A stretch of DNA of 64,000 nt from Mariniphaga sp. (GCA_019429205.1 JAHYIT010000013.1:5276-69275), one strand, 5' to 3'; numbered from the stretch's first letter, positions 29,950-39,814 are shown. Notes: generated by a model from the sequence alone, not told the origin. Numbers and translations: made by a program.

Positions 29950-30333
29950 ATTAATCAATTAATTGTCATCAGTGGAATTCGATGTAATTTGCCAGGAAAA
30001 TAGACTTTACAGAAAAATATTTTGACTATTTTTCATGGCTCATTTCAAGGTTTTCCGGTAATTTTCGGGTATTCAATATAAGGGCGCAAATATACAAAAA
30101 CTACAGGCCATTAAAACTTTCGAATATCATTATTGGTTGTTCAAAAGGTTTTGTAAAGTATTTGTTAAAAATGGTTTGCTACAATGTTAATCATTGGGAA
30201 TAAATCATGTTTTTAGAAATGTTTTCGAGCAAAATGCACCTTGATTTAATCGCATGAAATCTAATTTTACCACCGATTTTACAAATGATGTTGAAGAACA
30301 TAATTCGTGGAAAATAATTAATTCTGTGCCCTC

Positions 30334-31128
30334 TTACCGGGTTTCATCAACTATTATTTCTCCGGTCATGAATGTTTGAGCGCGCCCGCCAATTTCAACA
30401 CGTTCTCCTGCATATTTACAATACAAAATTCCGCCACGTTTTGAAATTTGTTTGGCAACCAAAATATTCTTTCCAAGTTTTTCTGTCCAATAGGGGATGA
30501 GCATAGTGTGGGCCGAACCGGTTACCGGGTCTTCGTCAATTCCTTCGCGGGGTGCAAAAAAGCGCGACACAAAATCATAATCCGGTGAAGTAGCTGTGGC
30601 AATAATTCCACGCATTTCAATTGTTTTCAGGAAGCTGAAATTTGGTTGAAGGGTTTCAATTTCTATCTGATTTCTGAAAACAAACATCAAATCTTCGCGG
30701 CCTTTAAAACATTTTTGCGGTATTATTCCAAAAGCTCTTTTGCTATTATCCGGAAGTTTTATCTCATTCACTTCAGAAGTTGGGAAATCAAGTACTATCA
30801 GCTCTCCCTCTTTTTCAACTTTTAAAAGACCACTTTTCGATTGAAAGCGAATTTCTTTTTTCTGATAATTCAGATGATGAAAAAGTACATAAGCAGAGGC
30901 CAGTGTTGCATGACCGCAAAGATTCACTTCAGTTGCCGGGGTAAACCAACGGATGTGAAAACCATTTTCAACCGGAATAAAAAATGCAGTTTCCGACAGA
31001 TTGTTTTCCAGGGCAATGTTTTGCATGGTTTCATCAGAAAGCCAGTTTTGCAAGGGAACAACTGCTGCAGGGTTTCCGGTAAAAACTTTTTCAGCAAAGG
31101 CATCAATTTGGTAAATCGGTAATTTCAT
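30334..31128 (-). CDS. PhzF-family isomerase
   Basis: The N-terminus MKLPIYQIDAF...FTGNPAAVV, the LSETAF motif and CGHATLA are typical of PhzF/YddE. Confidence 0.85.
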   Translation of the reverse strand: MKLPIYQIDAFAEKVFTGNPAAVVPLQNWLSDETMQNIALENNLSETAFFIPVENGFHIRWFTPATEVNLCGHATLASAYVLFHHLNYQKKEIRFQSKSGLLKVEKEGELIVLDFPTSEVNEIKLPDNSKRAFGIIPQKCFKGREDLMFVFRNQIEIETLQPNFSFLKTIEMRGIIATATSPDYDFVSRFFAPREGIDEDPVTGSAHTMLIPYWTEKLGKNILVAKQISKRGGILYCKYAGERVEIGGRAQTFMTGEIIVDETR

Positions 31129-31227
31129 ACTATTAAAATTGTTTATTTTCAGTGGTATAGTATGGAACTCGCATGTATTTTAATTATGCACCTGGGTGTA
31201 AATATTTTACATGCTCGTTTCATTTTT
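31129..31227 (-). promoter_or_regulatory. 99-bp conserved promoter/leader cassette, copy 1 (upstream of phzF)
   Basis: It aligns without gaps to 39815-39913. The distal 67 bp differ at 2 positions and the proximal 32 bp at 9. The cassette abuts the ATG. Confidence 0.6.
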
Positions 31228-31239
31228 CTGATTCTTTTT

Positions 31240-32706
31240 TTAATCTACAGGAACGTCTGGTTTTTCTCCTGTTTTTTCATTTTTTCCGAACCGCCTTATT
31301 TTTATATTCAAATAGGCGAAAAGTATCGTCATTAGCGGGCTGATTATATTAAAAAATGCGTATGGTGCGTATGCAAATGTATCAACTCCCAACACCCGCG
31401 ATTGCGTTGCACCACAGGTGTTCCAGGGAATCAGCACTGAAGTCATCGTACCGCTGTCCTCCAGGGTTCGGCTCAACACTTCCGGTTTTAGGCCTTTTTC
31501 TTCATAAGTTTTGCGAAACATCCGGCCCGGCACAACAATGGAAATGTACTGATCGGATGCTGTGATATTAAAAAAGATGCAGGTTCCAACTGTTGAAGCC
31601 ACCAAACTGCCTGTGCTTTTGGCGTAGCGAACAATGGGCTGGGTAATCCGGCGCAGCAAACCTGCTGATTCCATTACTCCGCCAAAAACCATGGCCGAAA
31701 GAATAAGCCAAACGGTATCGAGCATTCCCCGCATGCCCGAAGTGCTTAAAAGTTCATTCACTTTGGAATCGGTTGTGGAGAGTGACACATCGCCAAACAT
31801 GGCCTGCATAACAGTAACGTAGGAAGCCTGAATGTAGTTGTTAGTTATTCCTGCTACTTCACGAATAATTTCAGGTTGAAATATGATGGCAAATATTCCG
31901 CCCAACAGTGAACCTGCAAGCAACGATGGCAATGGTGGAACTTTCAGAATAATTATGGTGAGAAGGATTGCCGGTACGAGAAACAAAAGCGGATTTGTGC
32001 TGAATGTACCATCGATGGCTGCTTTAACAGCTTGCACGTTGTTGAGTGCGCCGGAATGATCGCCGCTAAACCCGATTGCCAGAAAAATAATAAGTGTGAT
32101 GGTAAGCGAGGGTACAGTGGTAAAAAACATATACCTGATGTGAGTGAACAAATCGGTTCCGGCCATGGCAGGGGCCAGGTTTGTGGTATCGCTCAGCGGA
32201 GAAATTTTGTCGCCAAAATACGCACCGCTGATGATGGCTCCGGCCACTACCGCTTCGCTCATGCCCAGTGCTTTACCAATTCCCAGCAAGGCAACTCCAA
32301 TGGTGGCAATGGTTGACCACGAACTTCCGGTGGCCACACTAACTATGGCGCTGGTTACAACTGCAGTAAACAAAAACATTTTCGGGTTTATAATATCCAG
32401 GCCGTAATAAATCATGGCAGGAACAACGCCGCTTATCATCCATGTTCCTGCAAGTGAGCCTATTAGCAAAAGAATTAATATGGAAGGCATGGCTGACCCG
32501 ATTGTGCTGACAATTTTTTCCCGAATTTTATTCCATGGCAAACCCAGTCGGATTGAAATAATTCCTGCGAGCGCTGCCGCAAGCAATAACGCAATCTGGT
32601 TTGCGCCGCCAAGTGTGTCTTCAAACAGAAATACGTTGGATGTCAGCAGGACAATTAATACCAAAATGGGCAATAGTGCTATAAACAGGCTTGCTTCGCG
32701 CTTCAT
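31240..32706 (-). CDS. nhaC: Na+/H+ antiporter NhaC family
   Basis: 488 aa, about 12 TM. NhaC-type sequence pattern is present (GSSWSTIATIGVA, YFGDKISPLSDTTN, IPWNTCG). Confidence 0.8.
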   Translation of the reverse strand: MKREASLFIALLPILVLIVLLTSNVFLFEDTLGGANQIALLLAAALAGIISIRLGLPWNKIREKIVSTIGSAMPSILILLLIGSLAGTWMISGVVPAMIYYGLDIINPKMFLFTAVVTSAIVSVATGSSWSTIATIGVALLGIGKALGMSEAVVAGAIISGAYFGDKISPLSDTTNLAPAMAGTDLFTHIRYMFFTTVPSLTITLIIFLAIGFSGDHSGALNNVQAVKAAIDGTFSTNPLLFLVPAILLTIIILKVPPLPSLLAGSLLGGIFAIIFQPEIIREVAGITNNYIQASYVTVMQAMFGDVSLSTTDSKVNELLSTSGMRGMLDTVWLILSAMVFGGVMESAGLLRRITQPIVRYAKSTGSLVASTVGTCIFFNITASDQYISIVVPGRMFRKTYEEKGLKPEVLSRTLEDSGTMTSVLIPWNTCGATQSRVLGVDTFAYAPYAFFNIISPLMTILFAYLNIKIRRFGKNEKTGEKPDVPVD

Positions 32707-32866
32707 TTAAATACTTTTGTTCGGTTAAACCGGAAAACTAATATATTTTAGCCAAAAACCGGAAAAGAAACAGAAAATTTTCATGCTTTAAAACAACCAA
32801 TTTAAAATAACGTTTCTGAAATAATTAAATGTTCCTATTTTCGTTTCGTTATTTTTGGGGTCTTTT

Positions 32867-35800
32867 ATGAAAACACGATATTTGAGATTATTTGTAGTTG
32901 TTTTTATTTTATTGGGTGTGGGTTCTCCGGCAACCGCCCAACGAAGTAATGGTCTTACAGTGGAAGGAGCTGTGAGCGTAGAAGAAGGTTCGGTTGACGG
33001 GGCCATTATTCAAATGTATCGCGATGGCCGGAGGCTTGATAATTACGGAATTGGCTCCAACGGCAATTATAAGGTGGAATTGAATTACAACCACGAATGG
33101 ACCCTGATTTTTTCACGTCCCGGAAATTTCCCCCGGAAAATTGTGGTTAATACCCACGTGCCAGCCCCAGTTCTTCAGACCGATCCACGCTTTCCGCCAT
33201 TTCCTTTAAACATTCGGTTATTTACTGAAATCGCCGGAATTGACCGCACGTTTTCAGAAAATACGGTAATGAAAATTTATTACAGCCAAAATGTGGATAA
33301 TTTTATTTCAGACCTCTATTATAATGAAGCACAGATTAAGCATTTAATCGATCAGGCTATTTTGCAATCGCAACAACTTGGCCGGGAAGCCGATTATTTG
33401 GCAGGACTTACAAAAGCGGAGCTGGCCGAACTGCAGAAAGAATATGATCAGCACATCAGGGAAGCTGAAAATGAGTACAGAAACGAGGAGTTTTTAAAAG
33501 CGCTTGACGGATACCAGGCGGCTAGTAAAATTTTCCCTAAACAGCAATATCCAAGAGACCGGATTGCCGAAATAAACGATTTGCTGGGATTGCTTATGGT
33601 TGCTGAAGAAATGCAACAGGCGAGGGCCGAACGGCTTGCAGTATTAATTAAACAGGCCGATGCTTTGTTTGCCAGTGAAAAATATCCGGAGGCCCGTAAT
33701 GCTTACCACCGCGCGTTATCGGTAGATCCAAACAACAGCCATGCACAACAACGGGCAGATGAAATCAATGAAATCATTCGCCGGCAGCAAATTGATCAGG
33801 GATATCAGAATTTAATTGTTCAGGCAGATAATTCATTTAAAGAGTTGTTGTACGTAGAAGCCCGAAATACTTTTCAGAAAGCCCTGGACTTAAAACAAAA
33901 TGAAGATTATCCCAAACAAAAAATAAACGAAATAGATGGTATTTTATCCCGGCAGACACAAAATGCGGAACAACTTAAAAATTATGAAGATGCTGTTTTT
34001 CAGGCAGAACTGAATTTTGAAAAACAGTTTTACGAGCGGGCAATCTCATTTTACGAGAGTGCCTTAACCCATAAACCCGACGACGAGATGGCAACCTCCA
34101 GGATTCAGGAAATTAAGGATTTAATGAATGAACTGGCCAACCGCACCATGTACGATAAGCTGATAAAATCTGCCGACCGGTCCTTTCAACGGAAACAATA
34201 CAATGAAGCCATGAATGAATACGAACATGCTGCTGAGTTGTTGCCAAACGAAGATTATCCTAAAAATCAAATATCCCGGATTAACGAGATTTTTGCAGAA
34301 CAAGCCCGACTTATAGCAGAAGCAGAAGCCGCGGAACAGGCGCGTCTGGCAGCACTTCAGGCGGAACAGGATAGACAGTATTCTCTGGCCGTTTCCCGCG
34401 GCGACAGTGCGTTCAATTTGAACGAATTTGAAACTTCCAGAATGGCCTATCAATCGGCATTGCAGGTAAAACCTGACGAAACGTATCCGCAGCAGCGGAT
34501 TGCAGAAATTGGGCAAATCCTGGCACAACTGGCTTCAGCCCAACAAAATTATGATGCAGCCATTTTGAGAGCCGACCGAGATTTTCAAAGTGAATCTTTC
34601 GAAAGCGCCAAAGCAGCTTACACCGAAGCGCAGCAAGCCAAACCGGAAGAAACTTATCCGGCAGAACAAATTGCTAAAATCGACAGCATTGTGGAAACCC
34701 GTGCCCGGCTGGCAGCCGAGGCTGAAGCAGAACAAGCCCGACTTATAGCAGAAGCTGAGGCCGCAGAACAAGCCCGTCTGGCAGCACTTCAGGCTGAACA
34801 GGACCGGCAATATGCCCAGGCCGTTTCCCGCGGCGACAGTGCATTCAATTTGAACGAATTTGAAACTTCCAGGACGGCTTACCAATCCGCATTGAAGGTA
34901 AAACCTGACGAAACTTATCCGCAGAAACGAATTGAAGAAATTGGAAGTATTCTACAGGAGCAAGATCGAATAAACACAACATATCAAAATGCAGTTGCTT
35001 TGGCCGACCAGCAGTTTAATTCCCGCGCATATATTGATGCAAAAAATAATTACGGGAAAGCCCTGGAAATAAAACCGGAGGAAAGTTATCCTCAGGAAAA
35101 AATGATGGAGGTTAATCGGATTTTGGCTCAGCAGGAACTGGATGAAAACTACCGCACAATTATTCTTGCAGCCGATGGATTCTTTAACACGGAATCATGG
35201 AACGAAGCCAGAGCAGAATATGGAAAGGCTTTGGAGATTAAACCCGATGAAAATTACCCCAAAAGTCAGATTGTAAAAATTGATAATCTGCTTCGGCAAC
35301 AACAGGAGCGTGCACTGGCTGAACAACGCGCAGCAGAAAATATGGAACGCAGGCGGGCAGAAATTGAGCAGCGTCAGCAACAAATGAGCGAAAGACAGGA
35401 GATGAGTGAGTCGGGATTAAACCAGTTGTACAACGAGTATATTTCATTGGCTGACGGATTTTTTGACAATCAGCGTTACAATGTTTCGAGGGCATGGTAT
35501 TACAAAGCCTGGGATGTTAAACCCGAAGAAACTTATCCACCGCAACGGATTGAAGAAATCAACAGACTGGTAGGCAGTTTATTGCTCAGCCAGCGCGACC
35601 GCGATTATCAAAATTTTGTTAATCTGGCCGATTCTACATTCCGCGAAAATCAACTGGCAGTGGCCAGAGGATGGTACAACAGAGCTCTAAGTGTAAAGTC
35701 AGAAGAAACCTATCCGCGGGAACAATTGCAGGCTATTGCAGATTTAATTGCTGAACGAATGGCCAGCCGGTCGGGAGAACAGTTTAACACGCACATGCAA

Positions 35801-35932
35801 AATGCATCTGAAGCTTTTGAAAACGGGAATTACAATGTTGCACGGTTTTGGTATAAAAAAGCCATGGAATTAAGGCCAGACGACCAGCAGGCTAAAGAAG
35901 GATTATTAAAAATTGAAGAGGCATTGAATTAA
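32867..35932 (+). CDS. Secreted repeat protein: CarboxypepD_reg-like N-domain plus 13 TPR-like repeats of about 70 aa, function unknown
   Basis: ATG at 32867 with signal peptide MKTRYLRLFVVVFILLGVGSPATAQ. The recurring unit is Y..A..AD..F....Y..A...Y..AL..KP.E.YP...I.EI..IL. Confidence 0.8.
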   Translation: MKTRYLRLFVVVFILLGVGSPATAQRSNGLTVEGAVSVEEGSVDGAIIQMYRDGRRLDNYGIGSNGNYKVELNYNHEWTLIFSRPGNFPRKIVVNTHVPAPVLQTDPRFPPFPLNIRLFTEIAGIDRTFSENTVMKIYYSQNVDNFISDLYYNEAQIKHLIDQAILQSQQLGREADYLAGLTKAELAELQKEYDQHIREAENEYRNEEFLKALDGYQAASKIFPKQQYPRDRIAEINDLLGLLMVAEEMQQARAERLAVLIKQADALFASEKYPEARNAYHRALSVDPNNSHAQQRADEINEIIRRQQIDQGYQNLIVQADNSFKELLYVEARNTFQKALDLKQNEDYPKQKINEIDGILSRQTQNAEQLKNYEDAVFQAELNFEKQFYERAISFYESALTHKPDDEMATSRIQEIKDLMNELANRTMYDKLIKSADRSFQRKQYNEAMNEYEHAAELLPNEDYPKNQISRINEIFAEQARLIAEAEAAEQARLAALQAEQDRQYSLAVSRGDSAFNLNEFETSRMAYQSALQVKPDETYPQQRIAEIGQILAQLASAQQNYDAAILRADRDFQSESFESAKAAYTEAQQAKPEETYPAEQIAKIDSIVETRARLAAEAEAEQARLIAEAEAAEQARLAALQAEQDRQYAQAVSRGDSAFNLNEFETSRTAYQSALKVKPDETYPQKRIEEIGSILQEQDRINTTYQNAVALADQQFNSRAYIDAKNNYGKALEIKPEESYPQEKMMEVNRILAQQELDENYRTIILAADGFFNTESWNEARAEYGKALEIKPDENYPKSQIVKIDNLLRQQQERALAEQRAAENMERRRAEIEQRQQQMSERQEMSESGLNQLYNEYISLADGFFDNQRYNVSRAWYYKAWDVKPEETYPPQRIEEINRLVGSLLLSQRDRDYQNFVNLADSTFRENQLAVARGWYNRALSVKSEETYPREQLQAIADLIAERMASRSGEQFNTHMQNASEAFENGNYNVARFWYKKAMELRPDDQQAKEGLLKIEEALN
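34298..34944 (+). repeat. Intragenic tandem duplication (units 34298-34512 and 34730-34944, offset 432 bp)
   Basis: The two ~215-bp blocks are roughly 85-90% identical by eye. Both encode EQARLIAEAEAAEQARLAALQAEQDRQY..AVSRGDSAFNLNEFETSR.AYQSAL.VKPDETYPQ.RI.EIG. Confidence 0.85.
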
Positions 35933-35984
35933 TCCGGATTCAAATAAATTGATAATTTTAGGTCGATTTTCATTTTAGATGCAG

Positions 35985-36283
35985 GATTTATTATGCAGTT
36001 GAACCAGTCCTGTTTTAATTAATTTCACCGATATAGGCAGTAATTTTTGTTCCGGTCTTCCACCTTTGAAAATCTGGGTTCCGGAAACCCAGTAAAACCG
36101 AAATTACCGAAATGATATATTCATTTCTTAATTGTGATTCAGCAGTTCATTTAAGATTTCGGCGCCTCCATCGCAATAAATATTTTCCTGTTTTCAGGAA
36201 AAGTCATTCGGCAAAGGTTTTTCTCTGAAATAATGCCCACCTGTGATATTGGGTTTCGTATTTTTCAGTTTTTGGTTCGCAGG
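35985..36283 (-). pseudogene. Relic of a RibD_C/dihydrofolate-reductase-family gene (frameshifted, 5'-truncated)
   Basis: Three minus-strand frames read in succession give ENIYCDGGAEILNELLNHN*, then LRNEYIISVISVLLG, then SGTQIFKGGRPEQKLLPISVKLIKTGLVQLHNK. This matches the conserved C-terminal half of RibD_C proteins. At least one stop and two frameshifts are present. Confidence 0.45.
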
Positions 36284-36340
36284 CTGTAACTAATTTGCAG
36301 GAATCAAAAAAAAAATGGGAAAACCGATTATTTTTTTGAT

Positions 36341-38338
36341 TTACTCTGTGATTATTTCAGTTCCGGTATGGTGCAAATATTTGGTTAAATCAGGCAAATC
36401 GTAATGGAGTAAACTGCCTGGTGCGGCAGTAAAAGCCAATGCAGGATCGTAATATTCCTGTGTTGTAAGTTCCTCAACCGGCCCGGGGAAATTGCGAAAT
36501 GTGATTTTACTAAACGGATTTTTCAGCACAGCATAATGCAAAACGGCAGATGTTGCATTTCCCTGAACCATCGCCTCTGTAGTTTTTCCGGGAAATTTGT
36601 TTTCTGTAAACTGCATGAGCAAATCAATGGCTTCGGCCTGAATTCCCGGAATGCTTTTTCCGGCCAGGTTGGCGCCGAATGTATAATTAAACGGAACGCC
36701 TTGAATAACACCGTCTCCGGTAAATTCAGGGTCGTGCAATTCCCCGGTTCCGGGCAAATCGGCAGAAACAATGGAATGCCCTGCCTGAATCAACTCTGCA
36801 AGTTTCGGTTCTTCCAACAGCTTTTTTTTGCCTTCCGGGTGAAACCAAACAATTAGTTTTCCTGAATTTTTGTTTTCATTTTTAATTACATAAACCGGAA
36901 GTGCGTAGTCGGCCCAATTATTTTCAAGGAAATATTTTTCCACCGGGAAATCGGTTTTTGTGAATTTTCCGGTGTAAACTGCGGCAGTCAGATTTTTCTG
37001 AAAATCTATTCCGGCAGTTTGGGCAACTAATTTGGGCAAGTCATTTTCAGGAACCTTTTTTCCCGGAAAGTATTTTCGGTTCAGGCTGAAAATCGTTTCA
37101 CAATCAAACGAAGTGCCTGCCTGTCCGGTTGGAGTAACCCAAAGTTCTTCCACGGAAAAAGGTTTTGTTTCAAGATCAGTTGGGTCGCCGGGCAAATCAA
37201 GGTGTTTTTGAAAAAATGCGTAAAGTGATTCGCGGTTGTTTTTGGTCGATTCGTGAACGCCGAAGTCTTCCACCATTTGCACGTTTTCGTGTTTTCCTAA
37301 AGCAGCGTACGATTTTTGCACTTCGGCAAATGTTTCACGGGCTCCCTGAATGCTGAAAAAATCGTGCGTAGTGGTAATCATTAATGCCGGTTTTGGCGCC
37401 CTGATATGCAAATAATCGGCATGGTCGAAACCTTTGGCAATGGCATTGTATGGATTTTGCTCGGCGTCCTGCGGCCCGATGGACTGCAGCAGCCGTTTAA
37501 AACTGGTGATGTAACATTCGGGAGCTGCGGCATAAATGCGCTCATCGCAAGCGGCAATTTGGGCCGTTTGGGTTCCGCCTCCGGAACGACCGGTCATGCC
37601 AATGCGCTTCATGTCCACTTCAGGGCGGGTTTCCAGGTAATCGAGTACGCGAATGCCATCCCAAATAAAATAATCGGTTAGCGACGAACCGGTTAACAAG
37701 GTTTGAATTCCCGCATAAGAGTGTTCTTTGGTTGAACCGCCCACTTTCGATTTTCCGGTTTCGGCATCAGGGTATTGCAAACGTTCGCCTTGTCCCAAAG
37801 GATCAAATGCCAGTACAATGAAACCTTTTTCAACCAAATTCAAAATCACGTGCTGGTAGGTTTCGCTGCGAAAACCCATATCGGTGTGGCCGCAGGCATA
37901 AATTACAGCCGGTGCAGGGTTTTGACTTTTTTTTGGAAGGAAAAGGCCGGCAGTTACATAAAAACCGGGATGCGATTCAAATAAAACCTTTTCAACAATA
38001 AATGTTTCCCGTTCCAGAATACCAGTGGTGCGGGCATTCAGAGGCGTTTTTTTAAATTTTGCCAGCGAACCATTTAATACTGTTTTAATTTCGTTTTGAT
38101 GTGCTTTCCAATCTTCGGCAGATTGAAATTTCGAAACTTTTTCTACCCGCTCTTCAAGCTGGCTGAATGCTTCATTTGTAATTATTCGATATAAAGCACG
38201 ATGGTTATCCTGATAAGTGAGCCACTGGCGTTCACCTCCGCGGTTTCCAAAAAATACTGATTCAGCAGGTTTTTGTGCATGAACAATCTGAGAGAGGATT
38301 AAAAATGCAAGCGTGATAAAAATCAATAAACGGTTCAT
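36341..38338 (-). CDS. Secreted alpha/beta-hydrolase (AXE1/dienelactone-hydrolase-like serine esterase)
   Basis: Signal peptide MNRLLIFITLAFLILSQIVHAQ and nucleophile elbow GMTGRSGGG. At 665 aa it has a long C-terminal extension. Confidence 0.7.
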   Translation of the reverse strand: MNRLLIFITLAFLILSQIVHAQKPAESVFFGNRGGERQWLTYQDNHRALYRIITNEAFSQLEERVEKVSKFQSAEDWKAHQNEIKTVLNGSLAKFKKTPLNARTTGILERETFIVEKVLFESHPGFYVTAGLFLPKKSQNPAPAVIYACGHTDMGFRSETYQHVILNLVEKGFIVLAFDPLGQGERLQYPDAETGKSKVGGSTKEHSYAGIQTLLTGSSLTDYFIWDGIRVLDYLETRPEVDMKRIGMTGRSGGGTQTAQIAACDERIYAAAPECYITSFKRLLQSIGPQDAEQNPYNAIAKGFDHADYLHIRAPKPALMITTTHDFFSIQGARETFAEVQKSYAALGKHENVQMVEDFGVHESTKNNRESLYAFFQKHLDLPGDPTDLETKPFSVEELWVTPTGQAGTSFDCETIFSLNRKYFPGKKVPENDLPKLVAQTAGIDFQKNLTAAVYTGKFTKTDFPVEKYFLENNWADYALPVYVIKNENKNSGKLIVWFHPEGKKKLLEEPKLAELIQAGHSIVSADLPGTGELHDPEFTGDGVIQGVPFNYTFGANLAGKSIPGIQAEAIDLLMQFTENKFPGKTTEAMVQGNATSAVLHYAVLKNPFSKITFRNFPGPVEELTTQEYYDPALAFTAAPGSLLHYDLPDLTKYLHHTGTEIITE

Positions 38339-38359
38339 AATCTGAATATTTTTAAGTTT

Positions 38360-39814
38360 TTATTTGATATTTTCAAGTACATCCACCAAATGTTTCCAAA
38401 ATCTTTCAGTGGTTTTTATGTCCAGTCTTTCATCGGGTGAGTGGGCGCCTTTAATGGTTGGCCCGAATGAAACCATGTCGAGATTAGGATATTTTTCGAG
38501 GAAAAGGCCACACTCCAGTCCGGCATGAATAGAACGAACGACAGGTTCTTTCCCAAACAGTTTTTTGTAGGAAGCCACCGTGGTTTCAAGTATTTTCGAA
38601 TCAGGATTGGGCGTCCATCCCGGGTATCCATCTGAATGAATCACTTCTCCCGCTGCCAGTTCAAAAACCGAACGTACCATCTCCGCAGCGAAAAGTTTCC
38701 GGCTTTCCAGTTCGCTGCGCTGACTGGTAGTGATACGGATTTTATTTTCATCTGCAAACTTTACCGACGCCAGATTGGTTGATGTTTCCACCATTCCTTC
38801 CATGCGGCTGCTCATTTCCAGAATTCCGTGCGGGCAGGCATACAATGCATTCAGTAGGTTTTTCTGCGTTTTTCCATCCAAAATAAAACCGGGAAGTGGC
38901 GCTTTTTCGGTTGCCAGTTTCAGTTTTGGTTCATTGTGCTCAAATTCAAACTTCACCTTGCCGGAAAAATCTTCAAACGCCTGCAACAGTTTTTCTTTTT
39001 CGTTTACGGGCAAAACAATTACAGCCCGGGCTTCGCGTGCAATGGCATTTCGCAGATTGCCGCCATCGAATTCATAAAGCCCAATCGAAAACTCGCGGGA
39101 GGCTTTCCATAAAAAGCGGTTTAGTATTTTAATGGCATTGCCCCGGTTTTTGTGAATGTCATCGCCTGAATGACCTCCTAACAAACCAGATACAGATAAT
39201 TTCAATGCAATTGAATTTTTCGGTACCGGTTCATTCTTATAGGAAAACGAAACAAGTGTATCAATTCCGCCGGCGCACCCAATAAAAATTTCGCCTTCGT
39301 CTTCCGAGTCGAGGTTGAGCAAAACAGAACCTGTCATAAAGTCCGGTTGCAGCGCAAAAGCGCCGGTGAGGCCGGTTTCTTCATCAACGGTTATGAGACA
39401 TTCAACCGGGCCATGTTTTATTTCATTCGATGTGAGTACGGCCATCTGGGCAGCAATGCCAATTCCGCAGTCGGCGCCCAGGGTGGTACCGTTGGCTTTA
39501 ACCCAGCCATCAACAATTATGGGTTCAATGGGGTCGTTGTCGAAATCAAATTTCTTGTTGTTATTTTTTTCGCAAACCATGTCCATGTGGGTTTGTAAAA
39601 TTACGGTTGGGCTGTTTTCACGGCCAGGTGCAGCAGTTTTCAAAATCAGCACGTTCCCGGCTTTGTCGGTTTTTACAGTCAGCTTATTTTTATGGGCAAA
39701 ATCGAGTAAAAATGTTCTGATTTTTTCTTCTTTTTTTGAAGGACGCGGAACCTGGCATATTTCTTCAAAATAATTAAACAAAGGTTGTGGTTGAAGTTGC
39801 TCCAGTATTTTCAT
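38360..39814 (-). CDS. pepD: Aminoacyl-histidine dipeptidase (Xaa-His dipeptidase)
   Basis: Start moved to MKILEQLQPQPLFNYFEEICQVPRPS, which parallels the E. coli PepD N-terminus. It is also supported by the conserved 99-bp cassette ending at this ATG. M20 motifs HMDMV and GTTLGADCGIG are present. Confidence 0.9.
   Translation of the reverse strand: MKILEQLQPQPLFNYFEEICQVPRPSKKEEKIRTFLLDFAHKNKLTVKTDKAGNVLILKTAAPGRENSPTVILQTHMDMVCEKNNNKKFDFDNDPIEPIIVDGWVKANGTTLGADCGIGIAAQMAVLTSNEIKHGPVECLITVDEETGLTGAFALQPDFMTGSVLLNLDSEDEGEIFIGCAGGIDTLVSFSYKNEPVPKNSIALKLSVSGLLGGHSGDDIHKNRGNAIKILNRFLWKASREFSIGLYEFDGGNLRNAIAREARAVIVLPVNEKEKLLQAFEDFSGKVKFEFEHNEPKLKLATEKAPLPGFILDGKTQKNLLNALYACPHGILEMSSRMEGMVETSTNLASVKFADENKIRITTSQRSELESRKLFAAEMVRSVFELAAGEVIHSDGYPGWTPNPDSKILETTVASYKKLFGKEPVVRSIHAGLECGLFLEKYPNLDMVSFGPTIKGAHSPDERLDIKTTERFWKHLVDVLENIK

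Noticed and set aside
36074-36092. Palindrome CTGGGTTCCGGAAACCCAG as a terminator
   Set aside because: It is not followed by a T-run. It lies inside the RibD_C pseudogene relic, about 140 nt from the upstream gene's stop, so it is probably incidental.
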